NCBI GenBank assembly: GCA_019634165.1
Contig: JAHQVT010000012.1
Location: 117,528 to 181,527 of the forward strand
Source of the DNA: Rhodospirillales bacterium
GTDB lineage: Bacteria; Pseudomonadota; Alphaproteobacteria; Rhodospirillales; Thalassospiraceae
DNA: 64,000 bases
Direction of reading: 5' to 3'
The position numbers and the translations under genes were made by a program. The notes under the pieces were generated by a model. That model was not told the DNA's origin, made no database searches, and worked only from the letters and a program-made list of their open reading frames with translations. This document shows, piece by piece, positions 9,523 through 19,762 of this stretch (its first letter is position 1; every line of letters begins with the position of its first letter).

Positions 9523-12500
9523 ATGACGGATGCGCCCGGTAATCAGGACCACAATGATCTTGCGTCGCTCAGTATTCGGCGGCCGGTTCTTGTGTGTGTG
9601 GTTTCACTTCTGATCATTCTTGCCGGTCTTGCGGCGATGTTGGGTGTCGAAATCCGCGAACTTCCCAATGTGGACCGTCCGACCGTCACGATTACCGCCG
9701 ATTATAGCGGTGCTTCGCCGGAAACGGTCGATTCTGAAGTAACCTCTGTTCTTGAAAGTGCAGCATCACGGGTTAGTGGCGTTAAAGACATCAATTCCCA
9801 AAGCGAAGAGGGCAATGCCCGCATCCGGATTGAATTTTACCCCGATGTTGAAATCAACGATGCCGCCAGCGACATTCGCGAAGCGATCAGTCGCGCATCG
9901 CGCAGTCTGCCCGATGGGGTCGAAGATGTGCGTGTGGTTAAGGCCGACGCCGATGCCAGTGCGATCATGCGCATGGCAGTTGTCAGCAACCGTCTAACCG
10001 AAGAAGAACTGGCAAATGTGGTTGATGATCAAATCAGCCCAGCACTTTTGGCCGTGCCCGGAGTTGCTGAAATAACAGTGAACGGGGACCGCGAAAAAGT
10101 CTTGCATGTGCGGATTGATCCGCTGCGCATCGCAAGTTACGGCCTATCGGTTCAAGACATTGCCGATGTGTTGCGAACCGCACAGTTTGACATTCCCGCT
10201 GGTAGTTTTGAATCAACCGATCAGAAACTGTTTGTGCGTGCCGATGCATCCGTTTGGGAAGTCGACAAGCTAAACCAGATGCTTGTTCGTGGGGCGATCC
10301 TTCTTGGCGATATTGCCGATATTTATTACGGCCCGGATGATGCGTCATCCTATGTGCGTCTTGATGGGCGTACTGTGATCGGGCTTGGTGTTGTGCGTCA
10401 GGCACAATCAAACACAATCGCAATTTCCAACGGTGTGCGTGATGTCGTTGAACGGCTGAACAGTCAATATGATGATCTTGACGTTTTCGTAAATTCCGAC
10501 GATGCGGTCTTTATCGAAGGCGCGTTGTGGGAGGTGATCTTTAGCCTTGCCTTGGCGGTCATTATTGTTATTGGCGTGCTCTATCTGTTCCTGCGTTCCT
10601 TTAGTGCAACATTAATCCCCACCGTGACCATTCCGATTGCCCTTATTGGGACCGTAGCAGCGATTTGGGCGATGGGATTTTCGATCAATATTCTGACCTT
10701 GCTTGCCCTTGTTCTGGCAACCGGGATGATTGTTGATGATGCGATCGTGGTTTTGGAAAACATTCAGCGCCGTCGTCATCAGGGGCTTGGTTCCATGGCC
10801 GCAGCGGTTTTGGGCACCCGACAGGTTTTCTTTGCGGTTATTGCAACGACCCTGACGTTGATTTCGGTATTCGTTCCGATTTCATTCCTGCCCAGCACGG
10901 CAGGAAGGCTTTTCCGCGAATTTGGCTTTGTTCTGGCCTTTTCAGTCGCAGTGTCGTCGTTCGTCGCCCTGACATTGTGCCCGATGCTGGCGTCGCGTCT
11001 TAAACATATCGATCCGCATGATGGGGATGCGGATAGAAAACCAAATTTGTTGGAACGCGTCGGGTTTTTCTGTGCCGGAATTTACCGCCAGATCCTTGAA
11101 CGGGTTTTGCGCAATCCAGTCGTCACCTTGATGATCTGCATTGTTGCCGGTGGTCTGGCCTTTGGCGCCTATAACACCGTGACCAAGGAACTGTTGCCCG
11201 AAGAAGATCGCGGGCGCATTTTGGTGTCATTGCGTGGGCCTGATGGGGTTGGTATTGATTATATGGACCGCCAGGTCGAGGCAGTTGAAGACATTCTGCG
11301 CCCGGTAGTTGATACCGGTGATGCCCATAATATCTACACGATTGTTGGTTTGTGGGACCCTAATCGCGCGTTGGTTATTGCACCTTTGGTGCCATGGGAT
11401 GAACGTATCCGCAGTCAGCAAGAAATCACCAGCAGCATACGTGGAAAACTCAACGCGCTTCCCGGTGTTCAGGCCGTTGTCTGGCAACCCAACAGCTTGG
11501 GGCTGCGCGGTGGAACAGGCGAAGGTTTGCAGTTTGCCCTGACCGGGACCAATTATCGCACCCTTGCGGCCAATGCGCGCGCCATGCAGCAGGAAATTGA
11601 AACCAGCTATCCCAACTTGACCGGGTTGCGGGTGTCCTATCAAACGACCCAGCCGCAGCTTCTGGTCAATATTGATCGCAAACGTGCCTTTGATCTTGGC
11701 ATTGCTATTGATGAACTTGATACGACATTACGTGCGATGATCGAAGGATATGAAGTCACCAATATCAATGTTGATGATCAAAACATTCCGGTCAAACTGC
11801 GCAGTGCTGTTGGCAGCATCAATGACCCATCGGATCTTGAGAACCTGTTTGTATCGGGAACCAATGGCCGCATCTTGCCATTGTCATCGGTTATCACGCT
11901 GAGCGAAGAAGCCGTCGCATCCGAACTTGAACGCGAAGGCCAACAACGTGCCGTGACGGTTTCGGCCAACCTTGCACCGGGCTACACGCTTGATGAAGCC
12001 GTTCGTGATGTAAACGCAGTTGCCGATAAAACCCTGCCACCGGGTATCGGCGTTTTGTTCTTGGGCGATGCTGCAGTCCTTGGTGAAACATCAAATGATG
12101 TGCAAATTACCTTCTTGATTGCGGTGCTTGTTGTGTTGCTTGTCCTTGCTGCACAGTTCGAAAGTTTCATGTCGGCTTTGGTGGTTGTTCTGACCGTGCC
12201 CTTTGGTTTGGCCGCAGCCATTTACGCGCTTAGCCTAAGTGGCACATCAATCAATATCTATAGCCAGATCGGGCTTGTGATGCTGGTCGGGCTAATGGCC
12301 AAAAACGGTATTTTGGTTGTCGAATTTGCCGATCAGCTCCGTGATGCAGGAAAATCCGTCCGCGAAGCTGTCCATGATGCGGCAATGGTGCGTCTGCGCC
12401 CGATCATGATGACAATGATTTCAACCGTTCTGGGCGGTTTGCCATTGGTGTTGGGATCGGGTGCTGGTGCCGAAGCCCGTGCCGCGATTGGCTGGGTCGT

Positions 12501-12714
12501 GTTTGGTGGGCTGGGCTTTGCAACGGTCTTTACCTTGTTCCTGACCCCGGTTCTGTATTTGCTGCTGGCACCTTTGGTGTCGGCCCGTGCAGATGGCAGC
12601 CTGAAATTGCAAACTCAGCTCCGTGCGGCAGAAGACATTCCCGATACGGGGGAAATTCCAGAAGACACCCTGCATGGCACCGCGCCAGACGGGATTGAAG
12701 GAAGTGCGAAATAA
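9523..12714 (+). CDS. RND efflux permease (AcrB/HAE family)
   Basis: 1063 aa; GMIVDDAIVVLENI, GLMAKNGILVVEFA and RLRPIMMT motifs. Confidence 0.96.
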   Translation: MTDAPGNQDHNDLASLSIRRPVLVCVVSLLIILAGLAAMLGVEIRELPNVDRPTVTITADYSGASPETVDSEVTSVLESAASRVSGVKDINSQSEEGNARIRIEFYPDVEINDAASDIREAISRASRSLPDGVEDVRVVKADADASAIMRMAVVSNRLTEEELANVVDDQISPALLAVPGVAEITVNGDREKVLHVRIDPLRIASYGLSVQDIADVLRTAQFDIPAGSFESTDQKLFVRADASVWEVDKLNQMLVRGAILLGDIADIYYGPDDASSYVRLDGRTVIGLGVVRQAQSNTIAISNGVRDVVERLNSQYDDLDVFVNSDDAVFIEGALWEVIFSLALAVIIVIGVLYLFLRSFSATLIPTVTIPIALIGTVAAIWAMGFSINILTLLALVLATGMIVDDAIVVLENIQRRRHQGLGSMAAAVLGTRQVFFAVIATTLTLISVFVPISFLPSTAGRLFREFGFVLAFSVAVSSFVALTLCPMLASRLKHIDPHDGDADRKPNLLERVGFFCAGIYRQILERVLRNPVVTLMICIVAGGLAFGAYNTVTKELLPEEDRGRILVSLRGPDGVGIDYMDRQVEAVEDILRPVVDTGDAHNIYTIVGLWDPNRALVIAPLVPWDERIRSQQEITSSIRGKLNALPGVQAVVWQPNSLGLRGGTGEGLQFALTGTNYRTLAANARAMQQEIETSYPNLTGLRVSYQTTQPQLLVNIDRKRAFDLGIAIDELDTTLRAMIEGYEVTNINVDDQNIPVKLRSAVGSINDPSDLENLFVSGTNGRILPLSSVITLSEEAVASELEREGQQRAVTVSANLAPGYTLDEAVRDVNAVADKTLPPGIGVLFLGDAAVLGETSNDVQITFLIAVLVVLLVLAAQFESFMSALVVVLTVPFGLAAAIYALSLSGTSINIYSQIGLVMLVGLMAKNGILVVEFADQLRDAGKSVREAVHDAAMVRLRPIMMTMISTVLGGLPLVLGSGAGAEARAAIGWVVFGGLGFATVFTLFLTPVLYLLLAPLVSARADGSLKLQTQLRAAEDIPDTGEIPEDTLHGTAPDGIEGSAK

Positions 12715-12715
12715 C

Positions 12716-14167
12716 ATGAAAAATAATCGTCTTTTCGCAGTTTCGGGCATCGCAATGTTGGTCGGGTTGGCCGGTTGTCAATCGGTTGGCCCCGATTACA
12801 CCGCACCGAATTTTGATCTGGTTGGCGCATATTCCCCGGAAATTCCAGTGATTGCCGCACGTCAGGCCGATCACGGACGTTGGTGGGAAAGCACGACTGA
12901 TCCGGTCTTACAACGGCTGATCGACGAAGGGGTTGCGAATAATATCGACCTTAAAATCGCAATCAGCCGTATTCGTGCGGCTGCGGCAACTGCGCGTGGT
13001 GTGTCTGGGGCCAATGGCCCAACACTTGATGCAAGTGTGGATGGATCGGCAGATCGCACAACCTCAAGCCGGGCCAGTGGCAATCGGGTGGATGATATTG
13101 GCTATGGTGCGGGGATTGATCTGTCCTGGACGGCCGATATCTGGGGTGGCCAATCACGCGAAGAAGAAGTTGCCGAAGCCGATTATTTGCAGCAGGTTTA
13201 TCTGCGTGAAGATGTCTATCGCACGATGATTGCCGACATCATCACCAACTATATCGAACTGCGTGGCACGCAAAAGCGCCTTGGTCTTTTACAAGACTCG
13301 CTTGATCTTCAACGTCAGACCAGAAACATCGTTCAGGTGCGGTTACAAACCGGGCTTGGTTCGGAACTTGATCTGTCGCGTGCGCGTGCCGAAGTCGCCG
13401 ACCTTGAGGCGACCGTACCAACCTTGCAGACCAGCATCGATCGATCCATCAATGCAATTTCGATCCTTGTCGGTGCTCAGCCGGGCAAACATCGTGATGC
13501 CTTGCTTGATACAGCACCCTTGCCAGAATTCCAAAGCAGTCCGCCGATTGGCATCCCCGCCGATCTTTTGCGCCGTCGCCCAGATGTCCGTGCCGCCGAA
13601 CTTTCCCTGATTGCGGCGACCTCGCAAATTGGGGTCGAAACCGCAACGCTATATCCTGAACTAACCCTAAGTGGGTCTTTGGCCTTGGGGGCGACGGGGT
13701 ATGGCACAGGTCCGATCATTCGAACCGTAATGGCAGCCATTGGTGCGGTGATTGATGCAACCCTTTATGACGGTGGGGAACGTCGGGCCAATATCACCGT
13801 TGCCGAAGAAGAAGCCGAACAGGCGTTCTTGACCTATCGCCAGACGTTGTTAAGCGCGATTGAGGAAGTTGAAAGTGCGATTTACGGCTATGTCGGGGCG
13901 ATGCAACAACGCGATTCCCTGATTGCATCCGTGCAATATCACCGTGATGCCTTTGATCAATCGCGGGTCCGTTATGTGCAAGGTCTGTCGGATTTTCTTG
14001 ATGTTCTTGATTCCCAGCGCAGTCTGACCGGATCGTTGCAATCCCTTGCCGATGCCGAGACGGATTTGGAACTTGAAACCATCAATCTTTACAGTGCGGC
14101 GGGGCTCAGTGTTGAAGATGTCGAACGCTTTGCCGCACAAGAAGGTATGACGCTGATCAACGGCTAG
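12716..14167 (+). CDS. RND efflux outer-membrane lipoprotein (NodT/OprM family)
   Basis: Start re-called to ATG 12716; lipobox LAGC then VGPDY; LLRRRPDVRAAE motif. Confidence 0.93.
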   Translation: MKNNRLFAVSGIAMLVGLAGCQSVGPDYTAPNFDLVGAYSPEIPVIAARQADHGRWWESTTDPVLQRLIDEGVANNIDLKIAISRIRAAAATARGVSGANGPTLDASVDGSADRTTSSRASGNRVDDIGYGAGIDLSWTADIWGGQSREEEVAEADYLQQVYLREDVYRTMIADIITNYIELRGTQKRLGLLQDSLDLQRQTRNIVQVRLQTGLGSELDLSRARAEVADLEATVPTLQTSIDRSINAISILVGAQPGKHRDALLDTAPLPEFQSSPPIGIPADLLRRRPDVRAAELSLIAATSQIGVETATLYPELTLSGSLALGATGYGTGPIIRTVMAAIGAVIDATLYDGGERRANITVAEEEAEQAFLTYRQTLLSAIEEVESAIYGYVGAMQQRDSLIASVQYHRDAFDQSRVRYVQGLSDFLDVLDSQRSLTGSLQSLADAETDLELETINLYSAAGLSVEDVERFAAQEGMTLING

Positions 14168-14230
14168 GTTTTGGCGCTGTGTGGTGCCAACAATTTGCAA
14201 AAACGAATATATCAGCGATCTGTGGCTTGA

Positions 14231-14245
14231 GTTTCGGACGTGTTC
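14231..14245 (+). promoter_or_regulatory. Candidate alphaproteobacterial LexA box
   Basis: GTTT-CGGACGT-GTTC, one mismatch to GTTC-N7-GTTC, 39 nt upstream of alkB ATG. Confidence 0.35.
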
Positions 14246-14283
14246 GGCCTAGGTCTTTGGCAGAATGACTTCCGGGGAAAACC

Positions 14284-14901
14284 ATGACCGGCGATCTGTT
14301 TGCCAATGAACCACCACGCAACCTTTTGCCGTTTGACGGCAAAGCATTGTTGCTGCGTGACATCATGCCACCCGATGACGCTGACCGGACCTTTGCCCGC
14401 CTTAAAACCGGCATTGTCTGGCAGCAGGAAATTGCCCGAATTCATGGCAAAGAAATCGCCGTTCCGCGCCTGACCGCATGGTATGGCGAAGTCGCCTATC
14501 GCTATAGCGGTGTTTACCATCCAGCCGCACCTTTTCCGTCAATCATCGCCCCGTTGCGAGATTTGGCCGAAGACCTTGCTGGGGGTGGGGTATCGTTTAA
14601 CACGGTTCTTTTGAACCAGTACCGCGATGGTCGCGACAGCGTTTCCTGGCATGCCGATGACGAAGAAGTGCTGGGGCAAAACCCGATTATTGCCAGTTTA
14701 TCGTTTGGCGAGGAACGCCGGTTTCATTTGCGACACAAGAAAACCGGTGATCGGATCAGCATTGATTTGCCGCATAACTCCGCCCTGATCATGTCGGGTG
14801 AAACGCAGCATTGCTGGCTTCATCAATTGCCCAAAACCGCAAGGCAGGTTGGGCCCCGTATCAATCTGACATTCCGCAAGACGCAATCGGAATCGCGATA
14901 G
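14284..14901 (+). CDS. alkB: Alpha-ketoglutarate-dependent dioxygenase AlkB (AlkB2/ALKBH3-like)
   Basis: VPRLTAWYG, NQYRDGRDSVSWHADDE (HxD), WLHQLPK, RINLTFR. Confidence 0.92.
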   Translation: MTGDLFANEPPRNLLPFDGKALLLRDIMPPDDADRTFARLKTGIVWQQEIARIHGKEIAVPRLTAWYGEVAYRYSGVYHPAAPFPSIIAPLRDLAEDLAGGGVSFNTVLLNQYRDGRDSVSWHADDEEVLGQNPIIASLSFGEERRFHLRHKKTGDRISIDLPHNSALIMSGETQHCWLHQLPKTARQVGPRINLTFRKTQSESR

Positions 14902-15005
14902 ATGTTTGACCAATGTCTTCTGGTAGAGACGCTTGGCTTCTGGCTATAGTGTAGCCAATTCAAACCAATAGCATCGTGAATACACGGGATCGGGGAACGG
15001 GACGC

Positions 15006-16052
15006 ATGGCAAAACGCGTAAAACTTCTGGATGTCGCAAAGGCTGCCGGGGTTTCGCAAGGAACAGCGTCGAATGCCTTTGGCAAACCTGATCTGGTGCG
15101 CCCGGAAGTTCGCGAACGCATTTTTGCGGCCGCCAAGGAACTTGGCTATCGCGGACCACATGTCATGGCCCGCATGTTGCGTACTGGTAAGGCCGGCGCG
15201 CTTGGCGTGGTTTTTCCTGACAATCTTGAATATGCCTTTACCGATCCGGCGGCGATTGAATTGCTGCGCGGGATCGGGCGTGAATGCGCCCATCACGGGG
15301 TCAATGTCATGATCATATCGGCAGAAAATCAAAAGCAGGCGATTGCTGCAGTCAATAATGCCGCGGTCGATGCATTTCTGGTCCATTGCTATTCGGATAA
15401 CAATGACATCATTGCCGCCATTCAGCGCCGCAATCAGCCGTTAATTAGCATTGATACCGATATTGCCGGTGCGGCGGGAAGTGTGGTCCTTGATGATCAT
15501 GCTGCGGCAAAGGGGGCGGCGGAACATCTGCTTGATTGTGGTGCGAAAAAGTTTGCTATTCTGTTGTTGCAGGCAACTGAACATGACCATTTTGGTCCGA
15601 TGAATGCCAACCGCGTTGGCGCAGCCAGCCACCGTGTCGTGCGCGAACGATTGGCAGGCTATCATGACGCCTTGGTCGAGGCCGGGATCGCACCTGATGA
15701 TGTGATCCATATCGAATGCGACAACCAATCTGAACATAGTGCTCGGCTGACTGTCGAAATGTTGGAAAAACACCCCGAAATTGACGGCATCCTTGCCATG
15801 TCTGATGTCATTGCGATTGGTGCTATTGATGCCGCTCATACGGTTGGGCGCAAGGTGCCAGATGATCTTAAAATCATCGGCATTGACGGGATTGTGGCGG
15901 GCGAACGCAGCGATCCCCCTTTAACGACGATGTGTCAGGATTCGGTTGAAAAAGGCCGTCTGGCCGCTGAAATGGCGCTGTCAGATGAAGGCGGCAAAGC
16001 CATCACCCTTTCAACCAAACTGTTGCTACGCGGCTCAACCCAGTCGCGTTAA
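15006..16052 (+). CDS. LacI family transcriptional regulator
   Basis: N-terminal HTH LLDVAKAAGVSQGTASNAF; periplasmic-binding-fold C-terminus (VPDDLKIIGID, PPLTT). Confidence 0.92.
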   Translation: MAKRVKLLDVAKAAGVSQGTASNAFGKPDLVRPEVRERIFAAAKELGYRGPHVMARMLRTGKAGALGVVFPDNLEYAFTDPAAIELLRGIGRECAHHGVNVMIISAENQKQAIAAVNNAAVDAFLVHCYSDNNDIIAAIQRRNQPLISIDTDIAGAAGSVVLDDHAAAKGAAEHLLDCGAKKFAILLLQATEHDHFGPMNANRVGAASHRVVRERLAGYHDALVEAGIAPDDVIHIECDNQSEHSARLTVEMLEKHPEIDGILAMSDVIAIGAIDAAHTVGRKVPDDLKIIGIDGIVAGERSDPPLTTMCQDSVEKGRLAAEMALSDEGGKAITLSTKLLLRGSTQSR

Positions 16053-17212
16053 CCGGGAAAATCAAATTCCGGCAAGTCCCGCTTCCCCGCCAAACCATCC
16101 CAAAGCGCAAGATACCGGTCATTCATGGCAGTTAGGCTGTAATGATCAATGATCCGTTTGCGGGATGCGGCCTTGCGGAATGCTTTGCTGTTTGGGTCTT
16201 CGTTCAAAAGTTCTTCAATCGCGGTGGCCATTTCATTTGGCGCATGCAGTTTTACGGTTTTTCCCGTTCCACCAAGGATTTCGGCAACATCGCCAACATC
16301 ATTCCCAACTGCTGGTACACCACATGCCATGGCTTCTCCGATAACATTGGGGAACCCTTCGCCAAAGCTTGATGAAAGAACCGCAACATCAAGGGCCGGA
16401 ACAAGTTGGGCGACGTCACGGCGCAGGCCAAGGGCAGATACATGGCCCTTTAACCCATCAGGGATAGGTAGGGTTTCAGTATCCTGTCCGATCAAAACCA
16501 AATGCAGATCATGGCCGTTTGCACGGGCAAGCTCGACAGCCTTAAACAAGGTCGCATGATCCTTTGCCGGGTCTTTGCGTGCGACCATGCCAATCAGCGA
16601 TGTGGTCGGGGCAAGGCCAAGTTCTTTGCTTAGGCGTTTTTTCGCGCCGAAATCAGGGCGCCATTCGTCGGTATCAAACCCGTTTGGAAGATAGGCCCAC
16701 TTTTTCGGGTGATAGCCGCATGTGATGTGGTGGCGTTGTCCGGCATGGGAATTTGCGGCAATAACTGCTGGTCGGCCTGAAAGCTTTGCCTGAGCGCTTA
16801 AAACAATCCGTGTTGATCTGCCATAAAGCGACAAATCCATTTCCGCACAGCGAATGTTCCACGCCAGCCGCTTGGTTCCGCGTCCTGAAATGGTTGCGGC
16901 CAAGGTGGCGATAAAGTCGGAATGATACAGCCATGACATGATGGCATCAGGTTTATGGCGGCGCATCAGACTGGCAAGCTTGAATATCGCACCGGGCAGA
17001 TCACGGATGCCCGATGTCATGCCCAGACAAAATAGCTCAACCCCTGCTTTGCGAAGGTCCGCCCCATAAACACCTTCATCCATCAGCGAAACAACGATCT
17101 GGCGCGGGGCATCAGGATCAGTACTTTTGGCATTATGGCATGCGATCCGGGTCAGGACGCGCTCTGCGCCCCCGGCATCAAGTTCATTGATGATGTGCAT
17201 TACCAAAGTCAT
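16049..17212 (-). CDS. Glycosyltransferase family 4
   Basis: GGAERVL N-terminal motif and EGFPNVIGEAMACGVP GT-B motif. Confidence 0.92.
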   Translation of the reverse strand: MTLVMHIINELDAGGAERVLTRIACHNAKSTDPDAPRQIVVSLMDEGVYGADLRKAGVELFCLGMTSGIRDLPGAIFKLASLMRRHKPDAIMSWLYHSDFIATLAATISGRGTKRLAWNIRCAEMDLSLYGRSTRIVLSAQAKLSGRPAVIAANSHAGQRHHITCGYHPKKWAYLPNGFDTDEWRPDFGAKKRLSKELGLAPTTSLIGMVARKDPAKDHATLFKAVELARANGHDLHLVLIGQDTETLPIPDGLKGHVSALGLRRDVAQLVPALDVAVLSSSFGEGFPNVIGEAMACGVPAVGNDVGDVAEILGGTGKTVKLHAPNEMATAIEELLNEDPNSKAFRKAASRKRIIDHYSLTAMNDRYLALWDGLAGKRDLPEFDFPG

Positions 17213-17252
17213 ACCAACGCTATAGCAGGCCTTGGTCGATCCGAACAGATGG

Positions 17253-17840
17253 CTATTTTATCAGATCATGGTAGCGGTAACATTCAACCGTATGGTCCAT
17301 TACAAGGCCGGTGGCCTGTAAGAATGAATAGATGATGGTGGTGCCGACAAACTTCATGCTGCGTTTTTTCAAATCCTTTGAAATGCAGTCGCTAAGCGCG
17401 TTTGAAACCGGGACATCGCCTATGGTGTTCCAGTGATTGATCACGGGTTGGTTATTCACGAACTGCCAGATATAGGCATCAAAGCTTCCGAACTCTTTTT
17501 GGATGGCGATGAATGTTTTGGCATTTTGAATAGTCGCCGCGACTTTTAACTTATTTCGAATAATCCCCGGATCGGCCAAAAGGGTCTGTTGTTTGGCATC
17601 GTCATAGGCCGCAACTTTATGCACATCGAAATTATCGAATGCCGCGCGATATGTGTCCCGCCTGGCCAGAATGGTCAACCAGCTTAATCCGGCCTGTGCG
17701 CCTTCAAGGATCAGCATTTCAAAGAAAAGCCGGTCATCATGGACTGGAACACCCCACTCAGCGTCGTGATAATCGACATAAAACGTTTTGTCAGCATGGG
17801 TCATTGCCCAGCTGCACCGTGGGGAATCCTGATGGGTCAT
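17253..17840 (-). CDS. tag: DNA-3-methyladenine glycosylase I
   Basis: RCSW, YHDAEWGVP, LEGAQAGLSW, GIIRNKLK, DHTVEC zinc ligands. Confidence 0.95.
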   Translation of the reverse strand: MTHQDSPRCSWAMTHADKTFYVDYHDAEWGVPVHDDRLFFEMLILEGAQAGLSWLTILARRDTYRAAFDNFDVHKVAAYDDAKQQTLLADPGIIRNKLKVAATIQNAKTFIAIQKEFGSFDAYIWQFVNNQPVINHWNTIGDVPVSNALSDCISKDLKKRSMKFVGTTIIYSFLQATGLVMDHTVECYRYHDLIK

Positions 17841-18155
17841 GATTTCGGCTCCTTAGATTGCGTGGCGGTATTTTTGGCGCGAAGGGTAATTTGCTGCAAG
17901 CTGTTATCAGCAATTGCCTGACATCTCCTGACAGTTTCTGGCAGGGGTATGGTTGGCTGATTTTTGCTGTTGGCGCTGGTTTAAAGCGGTCAATTTGGTG
18001 ACAGGGATCACAAAGCGATGAAAACTTGGTCCAAAGCGTGCGAAAAACAACGCTCTGCGCTTGCGTTACCGGTCATTGCCGACTAGGTTTTGCAGCGTGT
18101 AAACATCTTACCGGGCGTATATCGAATTTCGGCCCGGCGATCGTAAGGAGCGGCA

Positions 18156-18452
18156 ATGCTGGCGATTTTTTGGCTTATTGACACTGTAGTTGGTATCTAC
18201 ATTTTCATGCTGATTGCATCTGCAATCCTGTCATGGCTTGTGGCGTTCAACGTGATCAATACCAGCAACCGGTTCGTTTATATGCTTGGCGATACCCTTT
18301 ATCGCCTGACAGAGCCGGCCTTGCGCCCAATCCGGCGGATCATGCCTGACCTTGGCGGCATTGATATTTCGCCGATCATTCTGATTCTGGTTCTGCAATT
18401 TGCCAATATGCTGATTCAGACCGATATCCGGATGGCTCTTTTAGGTTATTAA
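18156..18452 (+). CDS. yggT: YggT family membrane protein
   Basis: [23 protein letters not shown] motif; AGGAG RBS. Confidence 0.93.
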   Translation: MLAIFWLIDTVVGIYIFMLIASAILSWLVAFNVINTSNRFVYMLGDTLYRLTEPALRPIRRIMPDLGGIDISPIILILVLQFANMLIQTDIRMALLGY

Positions 18453-18468
18453 ATGTCTCAATCAGACA

Positions 18469-18804
18469 ATGTCCGATCCTGTTTGCGAGATACTCTCTGA
18501 CCAAACCGGGATACGTCTGTTTGTGCGTTTAACACCAAAGGCTTCGCGTGATGCGATCAATGGTCTGATGAATGATGCCAGTGGGCGCATGCGCCTTAAG
18601 GTATCGGTAAGTGCGGTGCCGGAAAACGGCAAAGCCAATCAGGCCATGATAAAACTTTTGGCAAAAGCGATCAAATGGCCTAAATCCTCGTTCGGGATCG
18701 CTACCGGAACGACAGACCGTACCAAATTGCTGGTCATTACGGGCAATCCCACAGAGTTAATGTCGCAAATTACCGAACTGACAGGCGGACGCACACATGA
18801 GTAA
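18469..18804 (+). CDS. DUF167 (YggU) family protein
   Basis: [28 protein letters not shown]; conserved yggT-DUF167-folD order. Confidence 0.9.
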   Translation: MSDPVCEILSDQTGIRLFVRLTPKASRDAINGLMNDASGRMRLKVSVSAVPENGKANQAMIKLLAKAIKWPKSSFGIATGTTDRTKLLVITGNPTELMSQITELTGGRTHE

Positions 18805-19696
18805 CGCAAAAATCATCGACGGCAAGGCATTCGCAGCAAAACTGCGCGAAGACATTACAGCCGAAGTAACCAAGCTGAAAGCCGAGCACGGCGTTACCCC
18901 CGGTCTGGCCGTGATCTTGGTCGGTGAAGACCCCGCCAGTCAGGTTTATGTACGCAACAAGGGCAAGCAGACCCTTGAGTGCGGGATGAATTCCTTTGAA
19001 CATAAGTTGTCGCCAGACACCCCGCAGGATGAACTTTTGGCATTGATCGCCAAACTGAATGCCGATCCGAACGTTCATGGCATCCTGTGCCAGTTGCCAG
19101 TTCCCGATCATATCGACGATCAGGCAATTTTGGCGGCAATCGATCCGGCCAAGGATGTTGATGGTTTCCATGTGGTCAATGCCGGTGCCTTGGCAACCGG
19201 TGGCGAAGGTTTCGCACCCTGCACGCCTTATGGCTGCTTGATGTTGCTCAAAGACACCCTGGGCGATCTGTCGGGCAAACGTGCAGTGGTTGTTGGTCGT
19301 TCCAACATCGTTGGCAAGCCGATGGCGCAATTGCTGTTAAAAGAAAGCTGCACAGTCACCATCGCCCATTCGCGCACCCGCGACCTTCCAGAAGAAGTCC
19401 GCCGTGCTGATATCGTGATTGCCGCCGTTGGCCGCCCAAACATGGTCAAAGGCGACTGGATTGCGCCGGGTGCGACCGTGATTGATGTTGGCATCAACCG
19501 CATCGAAGGCGAGAACGGCAAAATGAAACTGGTCGGTGATGTTGAATTTGAAGGCGCATCAAAAATTGCCGGTGCCATCACCCCGGTTCCGGGCGGTGTT
19601 GGCCCGATGACCATTGCGTGTTTGCTGAACAACACCCTGATTTCGGCTTGCCGTGCAAATGGCGTTGCTGTGCCCAACCTTGGTTTTGACAGCTAA
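18797..19696 (+). CDS. folD: Methylenetetrahydrofolate dehydrogenase/cyclohydrolase
   Basis: [40 protein letters not shown]. Confidence 0.97.
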   Translation: MSNAKIIDGKAFAAKLREDITAEVTKLKAEHGVTPGLAVILVGEDPASQVYVRNKGKQTLECGMNSFEHKLSPDTPQDELLALIAKLNADPNVHGILCQLPVPDHIDDQAILAAIDPAKDVDGFHVVNAGALATGGEGFAPCTPYGCLMLLKDTLGDLSGKRAVVVGRSNIVGKPMAQLLLKESCTVTIAHSRTRDLPEEVRRADIVIAAVGRPNMVKGDWIAPGATVIDVGINRIEGENGKMKLVGDVEFEGASKIAGAITPVPGGVGPMTIACLLNNTLISACRANGVAVPNLGFDS

Positions 19697-19716
19697 GATA
19701 CGGGGAAATAATGGGG

Positions 19717-19742
19717 AAGGCGGCACACAGCCGCCTTTTTTA
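19717..19742 (+). terminator. Rho-independent terminator after folD
   Basis: AAGGCGGC-ACACA-GCCGCCTT plus T tract. Confidence 0.85.
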
Positions 19743-19762
19743 TGAGTGAATGGTATATCTTT

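Noticed and set aside
17795-17840. Duplicated ATGACCCAT (MTH...MTH) at the tag 5' end
   Set aside because: A 9-nt repeat, compatible with chance; the upstream start is needed to keep the RCSW zinc ligand
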